Below, in pieces: positions 15,947 to 30,284 of a stretch of DNA of 64,000 nucleotides. Both the position numbers and the translations under genes were made by a program. How positions within the stretch are numbered: position 1 is the stretch's first letter; the number at the start of each line of letters is the position of its first letter. The notes under the pieces are model-generated. The model was not told where the DNA came from, did not search any database, and saw only the letters and a program-made list of their open reading frames with translations. The DNA comes from the human T2T-CHM13v2.0 reference genome, Homo sapiens. The stretch is taken from assembly GCF_009914755.1 (NCBI RefSeq), contig NC_060925.1; one strand, written 5' to 3'.

Positions 15947-16143
15947 AGTGGTGTGCTGGTAAATGTTTAACCACTGCTTCTTGGAGGAAAAACCATGATT
16001 TATAGTATTTCCTGACTCCTGTGGTAGAAGCACTCCCAAAGTGCTGGGATTACAGGCATGGCTGAATTCAGACTACCAAGGTGAGGTCACTGAACACGGC
16101 AATGGGAAGAAATGTTAACAAGTGGCTTTCCTGAGCCTATATG
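15947..16143 (-). mobile_element. MER63A-like hAT MITE
   Basis: TIRs cagtggtgtgctgg / ccagcataccatc; carries an Alu-derived patch at 16033-16060. Confidence 0.75.
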
Positions 16144-18245
16144 AATTGGCTCCAGCATACCATCAGGCTACTACATATAATATCAATAAAATAAAGATAA
16201 TTTTCACAGTATATAAAGTAACAATTTGCTTTTGGTTAATGCTTTAATACTTTTTTTAATAAAAATCTGAGATTCTGTCTCTGCCTTCGAGATTTTTTTT
16301 GTGAGAGTTTCCAAAGATGAGTTACAAGCTGTAACAATAATTTGGTTGAGTAATTTTAACTTTGAGAGCCTTAACGGACTAGGACAGAATCCTATTCTTT
16401 GTGTTACCAGCCCTTAATGTAGTTTCATTCACACAGTGAATCGTCAATAAATATTTATTGAATGAATGAATGAATGCATAAACAAGTATTAACTAATATA
16501 TATATTAGTTAATATATAGGACAATATCAGACTTAAGAAGACTGACTGCACGTTTCCCAGGCTTGAACAGGAAGGCAGATTTTCCTATAGCTCTAGACAT
16601 GATTATTATTATTTTAGCATTATTCAAGCAGGGATATGGTCATAATGTAAGTGAACAGAAATAGTTCCTACTGAGGAATTTGTACTGATTTCCAAGCATA
16701 AAGTTAGAAAAATATCAGTTATGAGGTAATGTAGAAGAAAAACAATAACAACAAAAAGAAAAACAGAAAGAAAAAACAAAATGAGAGGAAAGGCAAAAGA
16801 AGGGCATACACATGGAAAGATAATAAGGAACATTAGAATTTAAGTAATTCAATTCCTTCATTTTACAGATTAGAGTCAGAAACTTGCAAACAATATTTAA
16901 GCTTTCTGAGCCTTAATTTCCTTGTCAGTAAATTCGGGTATAACACTAATCTGGCATGGTTGTTATGAGGATTAAAAATGACAAATGTAATTTACCTAGC
17001 ATTGTTCCTGGCACAGAGCAGGCCCTCTGGTGGATCACAGTTTTATTCCCTAGGTTCATAGAATAGAGACTAGAACCCCAGTCCCTGATTCCAAGTCTAC
17101 TGTTCATCCCAGTACTTCTCTGGTCTTCCTTGGGTTGAGTTTATGAATCAAAGAAATTAGAGAAGTGATTTGGTCATGGAAATAACTAGAGTCCGCTTCC
17201 CCACTGCTCCTATTTCCTCTGCACAGTTCACACAGCCCCATCTTCTTTCCTTCTATGATAATCCTATGCCAACTTCCACTGGAATGAGGATGATGATGTG
17301 GATATTTTGGAAGTAGGACTATCATGCTGCTCTTTATTAGAGGTTCATGATTCCCTAGGAATGGAAGGATCCTTCCCTCTTCTATTTCAGGGGTAATAAT
17401 GGTGAATGCCTATTAAGATAAATTGATGGAATGCCCTGGTTAATGAAGAGAGGTGTTTTAGGAGGAGAGGGCGGTTCAATAAGAAGCAGCTAAAGAGATT
17501 GAATTTTATCTGCTGTCTTTTTATGATGAACAAAACACACAATAGGCACATGTATCAGTTCTTTGTCAATGAGAAATTCTTGATCATATATCAAGCTGGT
17601 TTAATCAGAAAAAGAAAGAAACATAGTTTTGGTTTCAATATATGTTATAGGTACAGCTAGGATTTAGGTTTTATAAATATTTGTTATAACTCCCAGTGTT
17701 ATAATATATGTTAGTTTAACAAACTAACATGCATTCATTCTAAACGTTTGATTTATAGAATTATTCATGAAAGAAGTTTTTAGTAGTATTCTGTGGATGT
17801 TTAAGAAAGGTTATTATGTGCCCAATAACCATAAATAGCAAGATTTTGTGGCAAATTCTTTTTTAATGATTATAATATAATTTTCAGCAGAACTTCAGGT
17901 AACTGATTACTGGTTACAAACACTAGCTGTTTAAGAAATTTCTAATGTGTGTGTATGCATAAAAACATAGCATATGTTGCACAATTTTAAAAGGAATTTA
18001 AAAAACATGATCAGTAGGGTAAGGCAAACTAAGCCAAATAATAAAAAGACACAATCAAAATGTCAAGATTTACTGTGATTAACTAGTTTTAAAAAATAAC
18101 ATATTTATTTCTCATACACAATAGAGAATAATCTTTGCTTTCATTCTTAAAATTCATAATTATTTAAAATGATAGAATTTTAAACATAATTTTTCACTGA
18201 TACTGTGCAATATAACGACATGTGTTCTAAAATTCAGTAACATAC

Positions 18246-18355
18246 CTTTGTTACAGAAACAGGAGGTAAGCATGTCTGGCCACCAGCACTGAAATTGCAG
18301 AAAACCTCAATGGCATCTGAAGGACAGCCAAGATTTGGGTCAATCCAGTATTTTC
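18246..18355 (-). CDS. COL24A1: COL24A1 C-propeptide exon, 110 nt ([37 protein letters not shown])
   Basis: tattag|GA...AAG|gtatgt; YWIDPNxGC COLFI signature; phase 1/0 matches neighbouring exons. Confidence 0.97.
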
Positions 18356-18412
18356 CTAATAATTTATAGTAAAACATAAAGTTAAAGTTATTAAATGCCA
18401 TAATCCTTATAA

Positions 18413-18712
18413 TTTCTTTTTTTTTTTTGAGAGAGAGAGTCTCATTCTGTTAGCCCAGGCTGGAGTGCAGCGGTGCGATCTTGGCTCACTGTAACCTCCG
18501 CTTCCTGGGTTCAAGTGATTCTCATGCCTCAACCTCCTGAGTAGCTGGGATTACAGGAATGGGCCACCACACCCGGCTAATTTTTGTATTTTCAGTAGAG
18601 ATGGGATTTCACCATGTTGGTCAGGCTGGCCTTGAACTCCTGACCTCAAGTGATCTGCCCACCTCCACCTCCCAAAGTGTTGGGATTACAGGCGTGAGCA
18701 CTGTGCCCGGCC
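18413..18712 (-). mobile_element. Alu (AluS), 57 nt upstream of a COL24A1 acceptor
   Basis: Full dimer; TSD atccttataa. Confidence 0.92.
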
Positions 18713-19714
18713 ACATCCTTATAAATGGTCATGGTACTTTAAATACATATTATCACAGTTTCACCTGTTAAAAACTTAGAAGATTATATATTTACATTTA
18801 GTGAATGAATGAATGCTGCATTATGTAAAATTGATACTAAAAATGCTGTATTTTTCACATAACTATCAATTTCAGAGTGTTTCATAATTTTAATCAATTA
18901 TGATTAAATTATGATAAAATGATAGAATAGCTGAATTGATTGCTTCATTCTACAGATAAGAAGATGTGCTCAGCAACTAAAAGTGAATTGTTTAGTTACA
19001 TAGTTAACAAAAAAGTTGAACTTAATGAAGTATATGTGTATATTTCTGTTATACATCATTACAGTGTTTCAAACGAACATTTTGTTTTATAATAGAAACA
19101 ACTTCCATCTCTTGAAGGAAAAATATATCTTTATGTATAATACTGATAAGTAAAATAAAAATATGAGAACATTTTTGTTTTCACAAAAAAATCATACAAT
19201 TAAATGTTTATCATTTTTGTACTCTTTCAGATTTTCCCACTATCACTCAGTGGGAAAAACTGAGGTCCCTATAGCTAGTGAAATTCTACCAGTCTTTGCT
19301 CCACTGAGTGCCCAAGAGAATAAAACTGGGCCTAAACTCAGACTACAGAAAATACTTAGACTGAAAAGCAATGGCCTAGCATCTTAATTCCAGACTAATA
19401 GACTGAGAGTATTAAAATAGCATCTTATTCCAAATACAAAGGACAGGAATTTTTGAATAAGGCAGCCCTGTTTTCCTGCATTAAAAACGCAAGAACATTC
19501 AATGGTTTTTGTTAAATGTCATTTTTTCTACAGTAGGCAGAAGTCCTTGTTCATTCCACTTTTATTCCATAGCAAAGATTCCTCTAGCTCATCCTGAGTT
19601 TCCTCTAGCTTCTAAAACATCCTCAAATATTCTCCTCTCTACTATTCTACTAATCCCTCAAAATGCTTACTTGCTTAATTGGTAGCTCAAAGGGTAGAAA
19701 TGGTCCTCAGCTGC

Positions 19715-19878
19715 AGCAGTGTTCAAACTTTAGTGTGCATCAAACCATCACTAAAACACACATAGCTGGGCCCTACCCTTGAGAGTTGCTGATTTATTAA
19801 GTCTGGGGTGGGGCTTAAGAATCTGCATTTCTAACAGTATCTAATTCTGGTCCAGGGATCACATTTGGAGAACCACTG
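19715..19878. mobile_element. MER5A-like MITE
   Basis: gtctggggtggggc...aatctgcatttctaaca core and gagaaccactg terminus. Confidence 0.75.
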
Positions 19879-21310
19879 ATATATTGAAATACAGAAGAAA
19901 GGGGTGAAGGAGGTCAACCATTCCTAGTCCCTTATCTTCAGAATTTTGAATATTTCATAAAGTTTTTAGAAAGTACAGCTGAATTTTTCATCAGAATCTG
20001 ATGAGGGCTTCCAGTCTTACCTAATGGAGTAAACATATATCTTCTTTCACCTTCTCTTGTCTTCCAAGAAATACTATCCTACTACTATATGAGCTAATAA
20101 TAAAAAATTCTTTATAAAAGGTTTTCCATCAAGCAAATTTTATTTTTATATGGGGTGAAATGCTTTGAATTCAGGTGTTATATTCTATTTGGGTAGGGGC
20201 TCCATAATTTCTTTCAAGGTATGCCAAGCTAGAGATGAAGTCCTATACCATGACATATCTTTTGTGAGCCTAAATGTTCTGACTCAAAACTAGCTCTTCC
20301 CTGAGGACACTGCTTCTCTTGTAGCCTCTACAGTGTTGTGCCCGAAGGTGGCAAGGCATCTTTCTTGCTCTTTGTTGCTACTTACAGACCATTCTTTGCA
20401 TTTTCTCCCTGAAAACACTCCATATTGAAATTACTATAATCACATTATATCATTCATTAGTTCCTCCTGGTGTAATCATTTACTATTTTTCTATGACAAT
20501 TTTAGCTTTTTATCACTTTCAGAAAATCTACTTATGACCTAATTCTTGGTGATTTTAAAGCCACATAGATGATGCTTTCAACATGTTGGCCTTCAGTTCC
20601 TTGAATTGTATCCTCCCCAACCCTCTTACTTTTCCACCAATGATCTTGTACCCTCCCCCTACCCTCGTACCTTACTTTAACCATTAACTTCCAAGGCCAT
20701 ATCCTAGCTTTTGTTATTACCAACAACTGCATCTCCTCCATAATTTCATTTCTCTTCTCTTTCCAGTTCACTCCCTCTAGTGTCCTAACTCCAATAATTC
20801 TTCACTTTCATCGGGACCTACTATCACTTTTTCATTGCCCCTAATGATCATATGTTCACTTCCCTTCTTACCCAGCTTAAAAATCCACAGTCCTTTACTA
20901 TAGTAATGTCCTTATAAACTTCCTTACACCCTTGCCCTGCCTCATTTCACTCTACTTGTCTTATAAATCCCCAATCCTACGTAAGTTTCTCCCTAACCTG
21001 TGCCTATACCTGCACAGAAAAAAGTGGTAGGAGAAAAACACAACTGTTGTGATGGGCATCCTTCAAATTCAAATGTGTCTGTAAAGCTGCTAGACAGTAA
21101 TATGGTGTTTCCAGAGTTTATTCCCTCTATCACTAAGATAGTTAACTATCTTACACCTATTCATTCGTTCTTATCCTCAACTGATAAGCTTCCAATTTCA
21201 ATGAGACAACTGAAGGAATCTGAAGAAAATTTATGTAACTTATATAAACTCCCACTATCATATCTACCCACATGTCTGTGCTTGTACACATATATTCTAC
21301 CTTCTCTCTC

Positions 21311-21620
21311 TTTTTGAAATAGGAATTTCTCTCTTGCTCTGTTGCCCAGGCTGGAGTGCAGTGGCATGATCTTGGCTCACTGCAACCTCCACCCCCTGCA
21401 GGCTCAGGAGATCCTCCCACCTTAGCCTCCTGGGTAGCTGGGACCACAGGCACATTCCACCATGGCTGGCCAATTTTTGTATTTTTAGTAGAGATGAAGT
21501 TTCACCACGTTGGCCTGGCTGTTCTCAAACTGATCCGAAAAAAATGTTGGCCTGAAGTGATCTGTCCACCTCGGTCTCCCAAAGTGCTGGGATTACAGGC
21601 GTGAGCCATTGCACCTGGCC
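21311..21620 (-). mobile_element. Alu (AluJ-like)
   Basis: Dimer with a short tail; TSD ccttctctct. Confidence 0.88.
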
Positions 21621-21676
21621 TGCCTTCTCTCTTATTATAGTGAATAAACTGTGTTCCTATAGAAGAATTATCCTAA

Positions 21677-22050
<374 letters not shown>

Positions 22051-22990
22051 TTAAATTCTACTTCTTTTCTCTCTTTTGAGTCTGCTTTCGTTGTCTGCTG
22101 TTTCTACTAGTTCTCATTCATGGTGTTGTGTCAACTTGTGTGTTTGGTTGTCAATTGTGTGCTGGGCACTGCATTTTTGAAATTATTTGTGGAAATAGTT
22201 TGAGTTCTAGGAAAATGTTATCTTTTATAGAAGATTTTTGTTTGTTTCTGACAGTATGTGGGAGTTCCAGCAGTTTGGAACCATTTTAATACAAGTTAAA
22301 AGTTTGGGATTTTCTGAGCTATCCAGATGATGTGAAGCAAAGCTACAGTCTGTATGAATGTTCGTTTTCTTCCAGTTTATCTTTACTACTAGAATGCAGG
22401 CCTTTGAAAGTCTAAGTCCTCACCTTTGGTGGGCCACAGATTCTAACTTTTGACCCCTACCTCCTGAAGCCACCAAGCTTCTCAACATACTGGGGGCAAA
22501 AGTAGCTCCAAATGTTGGGTTCACTTTCTGCTGTCTCCTTTAAAGTCTCAGCTTGAAAGTTCATTGCTGTTTGTTATTTATTTTATGCTTTTAACTTAAA
22601 AAATTAATTTAGCCAGGTAATATGAATTATGTGCTTCGTTACTGGGAATGAAAAGTTCCTAGCATTATCCTTTTCTCTTAAAATCTGATAAGGTTTTAAC
22701 TACTACCATTCCTCTAAACTGCTCTTGATGAAGGTCCTTAATGATGTCTGCATTGCTAAATTCAGTAGTCTTCCTCAGTTTTTGCTTTACTTAACGTGGA
22801 CCCAGTTAATCCCTTCCCTCCCTCCTCCTCTGGCAAACATTTTCTTTGCTTGATTTTCAGGACACCACATCCAGTTTGCCTCTTATCTCAGTGATAGCTG
22901 CTTCTTAGTTTTGTTTGCTAGTTTGCCCTCACCTTCCTGATCTTTAAACATTAGAGAACCCTAGGATCCAGTTTTTAGACCTCATTTCTT

Positions 22991-23290
22991 TTTTCTTTTT
23001 TTTTTTTTTTGAGACAGAGTCTCACTCTGTGGCCAGGCTAGAGTGTGGCGGTGTGATCTCAGCTCACTGCAATCTCGGCCTCCTGGGTCAAGTGATTCTC
23101 CTGCCTCAGCCTCCTGAGTAGCTGGGACTACAGGTGCGTGCCACCACACCCGGCTAATTTTTCTGTATTTTTAGTAGAGATGGGGTTTCACCATGTTAGC
23201 CAGGATGGTCTCAATCTCTTCACCTCATGATCTGCCCACCTCTGCCTCCCAAAGTGCTGGGATTACAGGCATGAGCCACTGTGCCCGTCC
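22991..23290 (-). mobile_element. Alu (AluSc-like)
   Basis: TSD tagacctcatttctt. Confidence 0.92.
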
Positions 23291-25525
23291 TAGACCTCAT
23301 TTCTTCCTTTACTTACTATCTATGTAGTCTTAAGCAGTCTTAAGGCATTAAACACCAATTAAATGTAAATGATTTCATAATTTTTACCCTTACTTAGGAT
23401 CTCCTTCTTGACCTTGAACTTGAGTAGTCAACTACCTACTTGACATTCTTACTTGAATGTCTAAGAGACATCTCAAAGTAAATATATCCAAAATTTTACT
23501 CCTGATCTTATCTCCAAAATTGCATCTCCTGTTAACAACATCCCACCCTTTTACAGAAAAAAGAAAAAAACCCTGAGAGTCATCCTTTACCATTCTAGTT
23601 CTCTCATAACCCACATCCAATCTATCAACAAAAACTGCTGGCTCTACCTTAACCCATTTATTCCTGAGGTTGTAATTTTTTTGAATTTTTGCAATCAGAC
23701 CTTGGTGATGACCTTAAGAAGTAGGATATAAATGACTCCCACATGCTTAGTGTTCCAATAATGGAACGCTAAGCATAAAGCATATTCAAGAATCTAACCA
23801 TTTTTTACCACTTCCCCTGCAACCAACTCTAGTCCAACCAACCATCATCTCTCCTGGATTATGTCAATATCCTTCTCAGTGGTTTCCCTACCTCTACCCC
23901 TGTCTTCCTGATTGTATTTGCAACATATTAGCTAGAGTAATATTTTAAAAATCTGAGCCAAATTATGTCACTTCTTTGCTCAGCAATTTCCAATGGCTTC
24001 CCATCTTATCAAGAGTACAAGCTAGAGACTTCTGAGTAGTCTAGAGGGTCTTGTATAATTTGACTTTTTGATATCTTTCTAATTTAATTTCCTATCATTC
24101 TCCCCTATATGCACTCTCTTCCATTCATACTGGCTTTCTTGCTAATTCTAAAACTTGCTAGGTATACTCAAAGACTCAGGGCTTTTGCATTTATTCTTTG
24201 TGCCTGGAAAGCTCTTTCTCTAGATTTCTTGTGGCTTGCTCTCTTACCTCCTTCTGATATCACCCAAGTGTCACATTCTCATAGATGCCTTATCTGATCA
24301 TTCTATTTAAAAATTGTATCTTGTGCTCCACTTCCTATCAAATCTCCCTTCCCTGCTGTTTTGTTTTTCCTTATAGCACTTATGATATCCTAGTGATGAA
24401 AGTATTTGGGGGGCGTAAAGATTTTTTGAACACTGCACAATCCACACCATTTAGCTATTTCTCTTATAAGGAAGGTAGACTTTGAATTACATTTCATACT
24501 AATTTTGTATGTCTTACAAGATCTTTGTTCCTTTCAATTCTACAGAATTACACTTTTATGCCCTCAAATATGGGAAAAAATCAAGCTGAGAATTATTATA
24601 GGCAACTACAATTTTAGTATTATTTTAGTTTTTATATTAATCTAGGGCAGAAAAATATCTTTAGAAGTTAAGTGTTTGATTAATGTAAACAAAATGAATG
24701 TTTTCATTGAAGTTCTAGAACGGAAGCAGATGTTTTGGACATGTGTGTATGTGCGTGTTTGTGTGTGTGTGAGTGCATGTATGTGAGATGTGTATGTACA
24801 AACAAAATTAAAATGACCACAGAATAACATAACATAGCTTTTTCAAATCAGCATTTTTCACATCAGCACTTTTCAAATCATACATTTTTTTTTCAAACAT
24901 GTCATTGTGTTAAAACTAGAGTTTGTAGCAGACAAGGTTTCCCCTGTTTAACTGATGACTTACTCCTCTTGATTTAAAACCTTTCCTTGGTTGTTCTAAT
25001 GTAAATTCATTTTTGCACCTCTGGCTAATGAAATCGGGGCATCTGTGTTGAGATTAGACACTTCCAAGAATGACAAACCACTCCCATCTTCATGGTCATC
25101 AATTCTAGAAGGCGACATTTAAATTCCATTTTGTATTTAAAAAAACCCAGACTTTTAGGGAGTATGGTGAAGGAGATGCTATAATATATTTATTTATGTT
25201 GCTAACTTTTGTAGTCCTGACTTACCAAGTTCTGATGAGTACTACTGTCTGTTAATGCAAAGGTCAGGCCTACCTTTCTTAATTTTTAATATGAATATGC
25301 TGTATACCAAGTACAAAATATAAGCAAATGATATAGCTAGGGGTGGATGACATCAGAATCATGTCTCCCTCATAGAGAATTTTATTCTTGATGACATTAA
25401 AATGGCTTCTGCCAGGGTTTTTATCAAACTAACTATGATTTGGAGTGAACACATTACAAATCTCAAACACACTGAAATGATGAAATGAAATTCACTATCA
25501 GAGTTTGAGGTAACCAAGAACTTAC

Positions 25526-25694
25526 CATCTGATACTTTTTGTTCACAGTTAAGTAAATCTTTGCAGATTCGTGCTGGGTTATCTCGTGTGCCAAGAGGAT
25601 TCTTGATGCTGTGCAATAAATTGCTAAGGTAGTTCAGGGTTTTGAATATCTCTTCACTGTGGTCAATTAAAGTCACTTCAGTATTCTGGTAGCT
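25526..25694 (-). CDS. COL24A1: COL24A1 C-propeptide exon, 169 nt (SYQNTEV...NPLGTRDNPARICKDLLNCEQKVSD-G)
   Basis: tggcag|AGC...GATG|gtaagt; contains the fibrillar collagen PxG(S/T)xxNPARxCxDL motif; phase 0/1. Confidence 0.97.
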
Positions 25695-26300
25695 CTGCCA
25701 AGTCATCATAAGAATTATATAAACAAAAAAATCCTGAGGACCAACATGGGCCAAGGCAGGAGAAGAATGTGTTTCCATTATGTGTAGTAAGTTGTGAGTA
25801 GAATGTAAAGAACAGTTTATATTTAAGCATAGGCATATGTGTATGCTTTAATAACCTTAATCTTTTAAAGAGGTTAAATTCACATTTGCAAGTTTAGTTT
25901 TCAAGCTAACATAAGAATTGCTATGTCTACTGTATTATGTTTTTTAAATTACACATTGAATCATTAGAGTTTAAATAAATGAGTAGTGATAATATATATA
26001 TCTCATTTTAAGAAACATGGCTAACCTCATTTAACTACTTTCTTGGATAGTACCAAATTCCTTACAAATAACAGTACTAAATTTTTGATTTAAATGTTTT
26101 CCTTACAAAACATCCTACGCATATATTTCTGTTTAATTATACCAAAATCACTTACTTTGTTCTTGAGAATGGTTTCACATTTTCAATCTGTTTTAAATAC
26201 AATCTTTGAGATAATGTCACATTTTGGCCTCCAAAAATTTTCTCTGTTTAATTGGTATATTGAGAGACAGTGCCAATATAAATAAAACCAGATATGTTAC

Positions 26301-26366
26301 CTCCATCTGTAGGGCAGTATTTGATTCAATCAAGGCTTGAATAGCAGCATTGATATCCATTTGCTT
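26301..26366 (-). CDS. COL24A1: COL24A1 first NC1 exon, 66 nt (KQMDINAAIQALIESNTALQME)
   Basis: acacag|AAG...GAG|gtaaca; phase 0/0; amphipathic coiled-coil-like segment ahead of the COLFI domain; lies inside ORF 26217..26561. Confidence 0.92.
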
Positions 26367-27856
26367 CTGTGTAAAACAAAACCATTTGAGATTAGCAATA
26401 AGATCAACACTGAGTGCCCTAAAGTAAAGGCTGTAAATTCTGAAAGCACTGCTGTTAAAGTATACCAGACTTATTATCTGAAGGGGTTCTGTAACTCTTA
26501 CAGTTAGACAGATTTTGCAAATATTGCCTGGATATCTGAAAGGACAATATGCCACCTTCATCCAAATCTCAAACGTCTCCTAATTAAAATAGGACCAGAG
26601 TCTACAGTCCTCAGATGAAAAACTATTTGTTTCTGTTGCCTGAAAACACACACACAAAGTTCCTCAAATGGAAGAGAATAAAATATGATCCTTTCAGTTA
26701 ATAAATTGTAAAGTGAAGAATAAATAACTGTAGCAATTTTTAACAGTTACATTCTTGGAAGGAGTAGAATAAAATACTACTGTCCTGAGGTAGTCACCAC
26801 ATTAATTTAATCTGATACTTCTGCGGTTTTAAAAATAATTTCTGAAGTTGGAAAATGTACCATGAGTCCCAAAAGAAATAATACAGAATGAAATCAATCT
26901 CCTCTTGCATTTAATAAAATATATTTTTAGAAAAAGACTGAGCATAACCATTAGTAAAAGTCTTTTTTTTTTGTAATTCTTTTAAAAAAATTATCTTAGA
27001 ACAATGAAGCATGAGTTGGGAGAAGGTTCTGGGAAATGGCATCTGTGTAAGTGAAACAAGCAATTTAATTTCTTTCAGTCATTGTACTGTGAAGACATCT
27101 TTTTACTTGAAGGCTGCATAATAGAAACTGTATTCAACAGATATCTCATAGTTCATGGTTGGTAGTTTGAAAAACTATTTGAAATGATGGAATAATCAAT
27201 AAAATGTACTCTCCCTTGCTTCAGCATGTGTTGTTCATACTGGAAAATAATTGACTCATTCTGCATATATATACTGCCAAACACTGTGATATATATTGAG
27301 GATAAAATGGTAAAGAAAAAAGAAACTTGCCCTTATGGAACTTAAATTTAGAGAGGAGATAGGCAATAATTAAATTATCTCAAAAATCCTAATTACCAAT
27401 TGAGATACATGCTATGAAAGAAAAGTGCACGAAACTATGAGAGAAATTAGAGAAATTAATCAAATCTGGAAAATGTAAGAGGTTGGAAGGAATAGGTCAG
27501 CGAAGGCTTCCCTGAGGTAGTAAAATTTGAACTGATGTCCAAAGAATAAATAAGAATTGTTAGGAGAAGGGGTAGGAGAGCTTTCCAGGCAGAAGCAGCA
27601 ACCTGGCACAAAGGCCATGAGACAGAAGGAGCATGGACTATTCAAGTAGCAAAGAGGGTAAACCTAAAATATTCTCTGCAGATTAAATAATTATGACCAT
27701 CCTGCTTGCGTGAATGAGCAGATTTTGGATATGGGTCACACAAAAATATTGGCACTAAATATGGGAAACTGAATTAAGGGCTAAACCATAGCCACCTTTA
27801 TGTTGTTCACTTGGTCCCCTGCTGGTGATTATGGGTTTTAATTAGAAAACCTAGCA

Positions 27857-29262
<1,406 letters not shown>

Positions 29263-29379
29263 TAAAGAAGATAAGAAATCTAGGAGACAGCAAAAGTGGT
29301 GGAATAATAGCCTTCCAGAATTCTCTCTTAGGCAAGTTAAAAAATGAAATAAAACCATGTCTTTAGAACTAAAGGACAG

Positions 29380-30284
29380 AGGGAGGAGCCAAGATGGCCG
29401 AATAGGAACAGCTCCGGTCTACAGCTCCCAGCGTGAGCGACGCAGAAGACTGGTGATTTCTGCATTTCCATCTGAGGTACCGGGTTCATCTCACTAGGGA
29501 GTGCCAGACAGTGGGCGCAGGCCAGTGTGTGTGCGCACTGTGCGCGAGCCGAAGCAGGGCGAGGCATTGCCTCACCTGGGAAGCGCAAGGGGTCAGGGAG
29601 TTCCCTTTCCGAGTCAAAGAAAGGGGTGACGGACGCACCTGGAAAATCGGGTCACTCCCACCCGAATATTGCGCTTTTCAGACCGGCTTAAGAAACGGCG
29701 CACCACGAGACTATATCCCACACCTGGCTCAGAGGGTCCTACGCCCACGGAGTCTCGCTGATTGCTAGCACAGCAGTCTGAGATCAAACTGCAAGGCGGC
29801 AACGAGGCTGGGGGAGGGGCGCCCGCCATTGCCCAGGCTTGCTTAGGTAAACAAAGCAGCCAGGAAGCTCGAACTGGGTGGAGCCCACCACAGCTCAAGG
29901 AGGCCTGCCTGCCTCTGTAGGCTCCACCTCTGGGGGCAGGGCACAGACAAACAAAAAGACAGCAGTAACCTCTGCAGACTTAAGTGTCCCTGTCTGACAG
30001 CTTTGAAGAGAGCAGTGGTTCTCCCAGCACGCAGCTGGAGATCTGAGAACGGGCAGACTGCCTCCTCAAGTGGGTCCCTGACCCCTGACCCCCGAGCAGC
30101 CTAACTGGGAGGCACCCCCCAGCAGGGGCACACTGACACCTCACACAGCAGGGTATTCCAACAGACCTGCAGCTGAGGGTCCTGTCTGTTAGAAGGAAAA
30201 CTAACAACCAGAAAGGACATCTACACCGAAAACCCATCTGTACATCACCATCATCAAAGACCAAAAGTAGATAAAACCACAAAG
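29380..30284. promoter_or_regulatory. L1 5' UTR: CpG-rich internal sense promoter and antisense promoter, YY1 site intact
   Basis: The only CpG-rich stretch of island length in the window; CAAGATGGCC YY1 motif at 29390-29399. Bidirectional promoter function is established for L1HS 5' UTRs. Confidence 0.85.
29614..29829 (-). CDS. LINE-1 ORF0, 71 aa (MAGAPPPASL...RCVRHPFL), intact
   Basis: C-terminal 71 aa of ORF 29614..29898; ATG at 29827-29829; both ORF0 splice donors present (after nt 106 and nt 191). Confidence 0.9.
   Translation of the reverse strand: MAGAPPPASLPPCSLISDCCASNQRDSVGVGPSEPGVGYSLVVRRFLSRSEKRNIRVGVTRFSRCVRHPFL

Noticed and set aside
25359-25778. 139-aa ORF as a stand-alone gene (also 26217..26561 and 15578..15814)
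   Set aside because: Each is a COL24A1 exon with open intronic flanks; collagen similarity stops at the splice sites.
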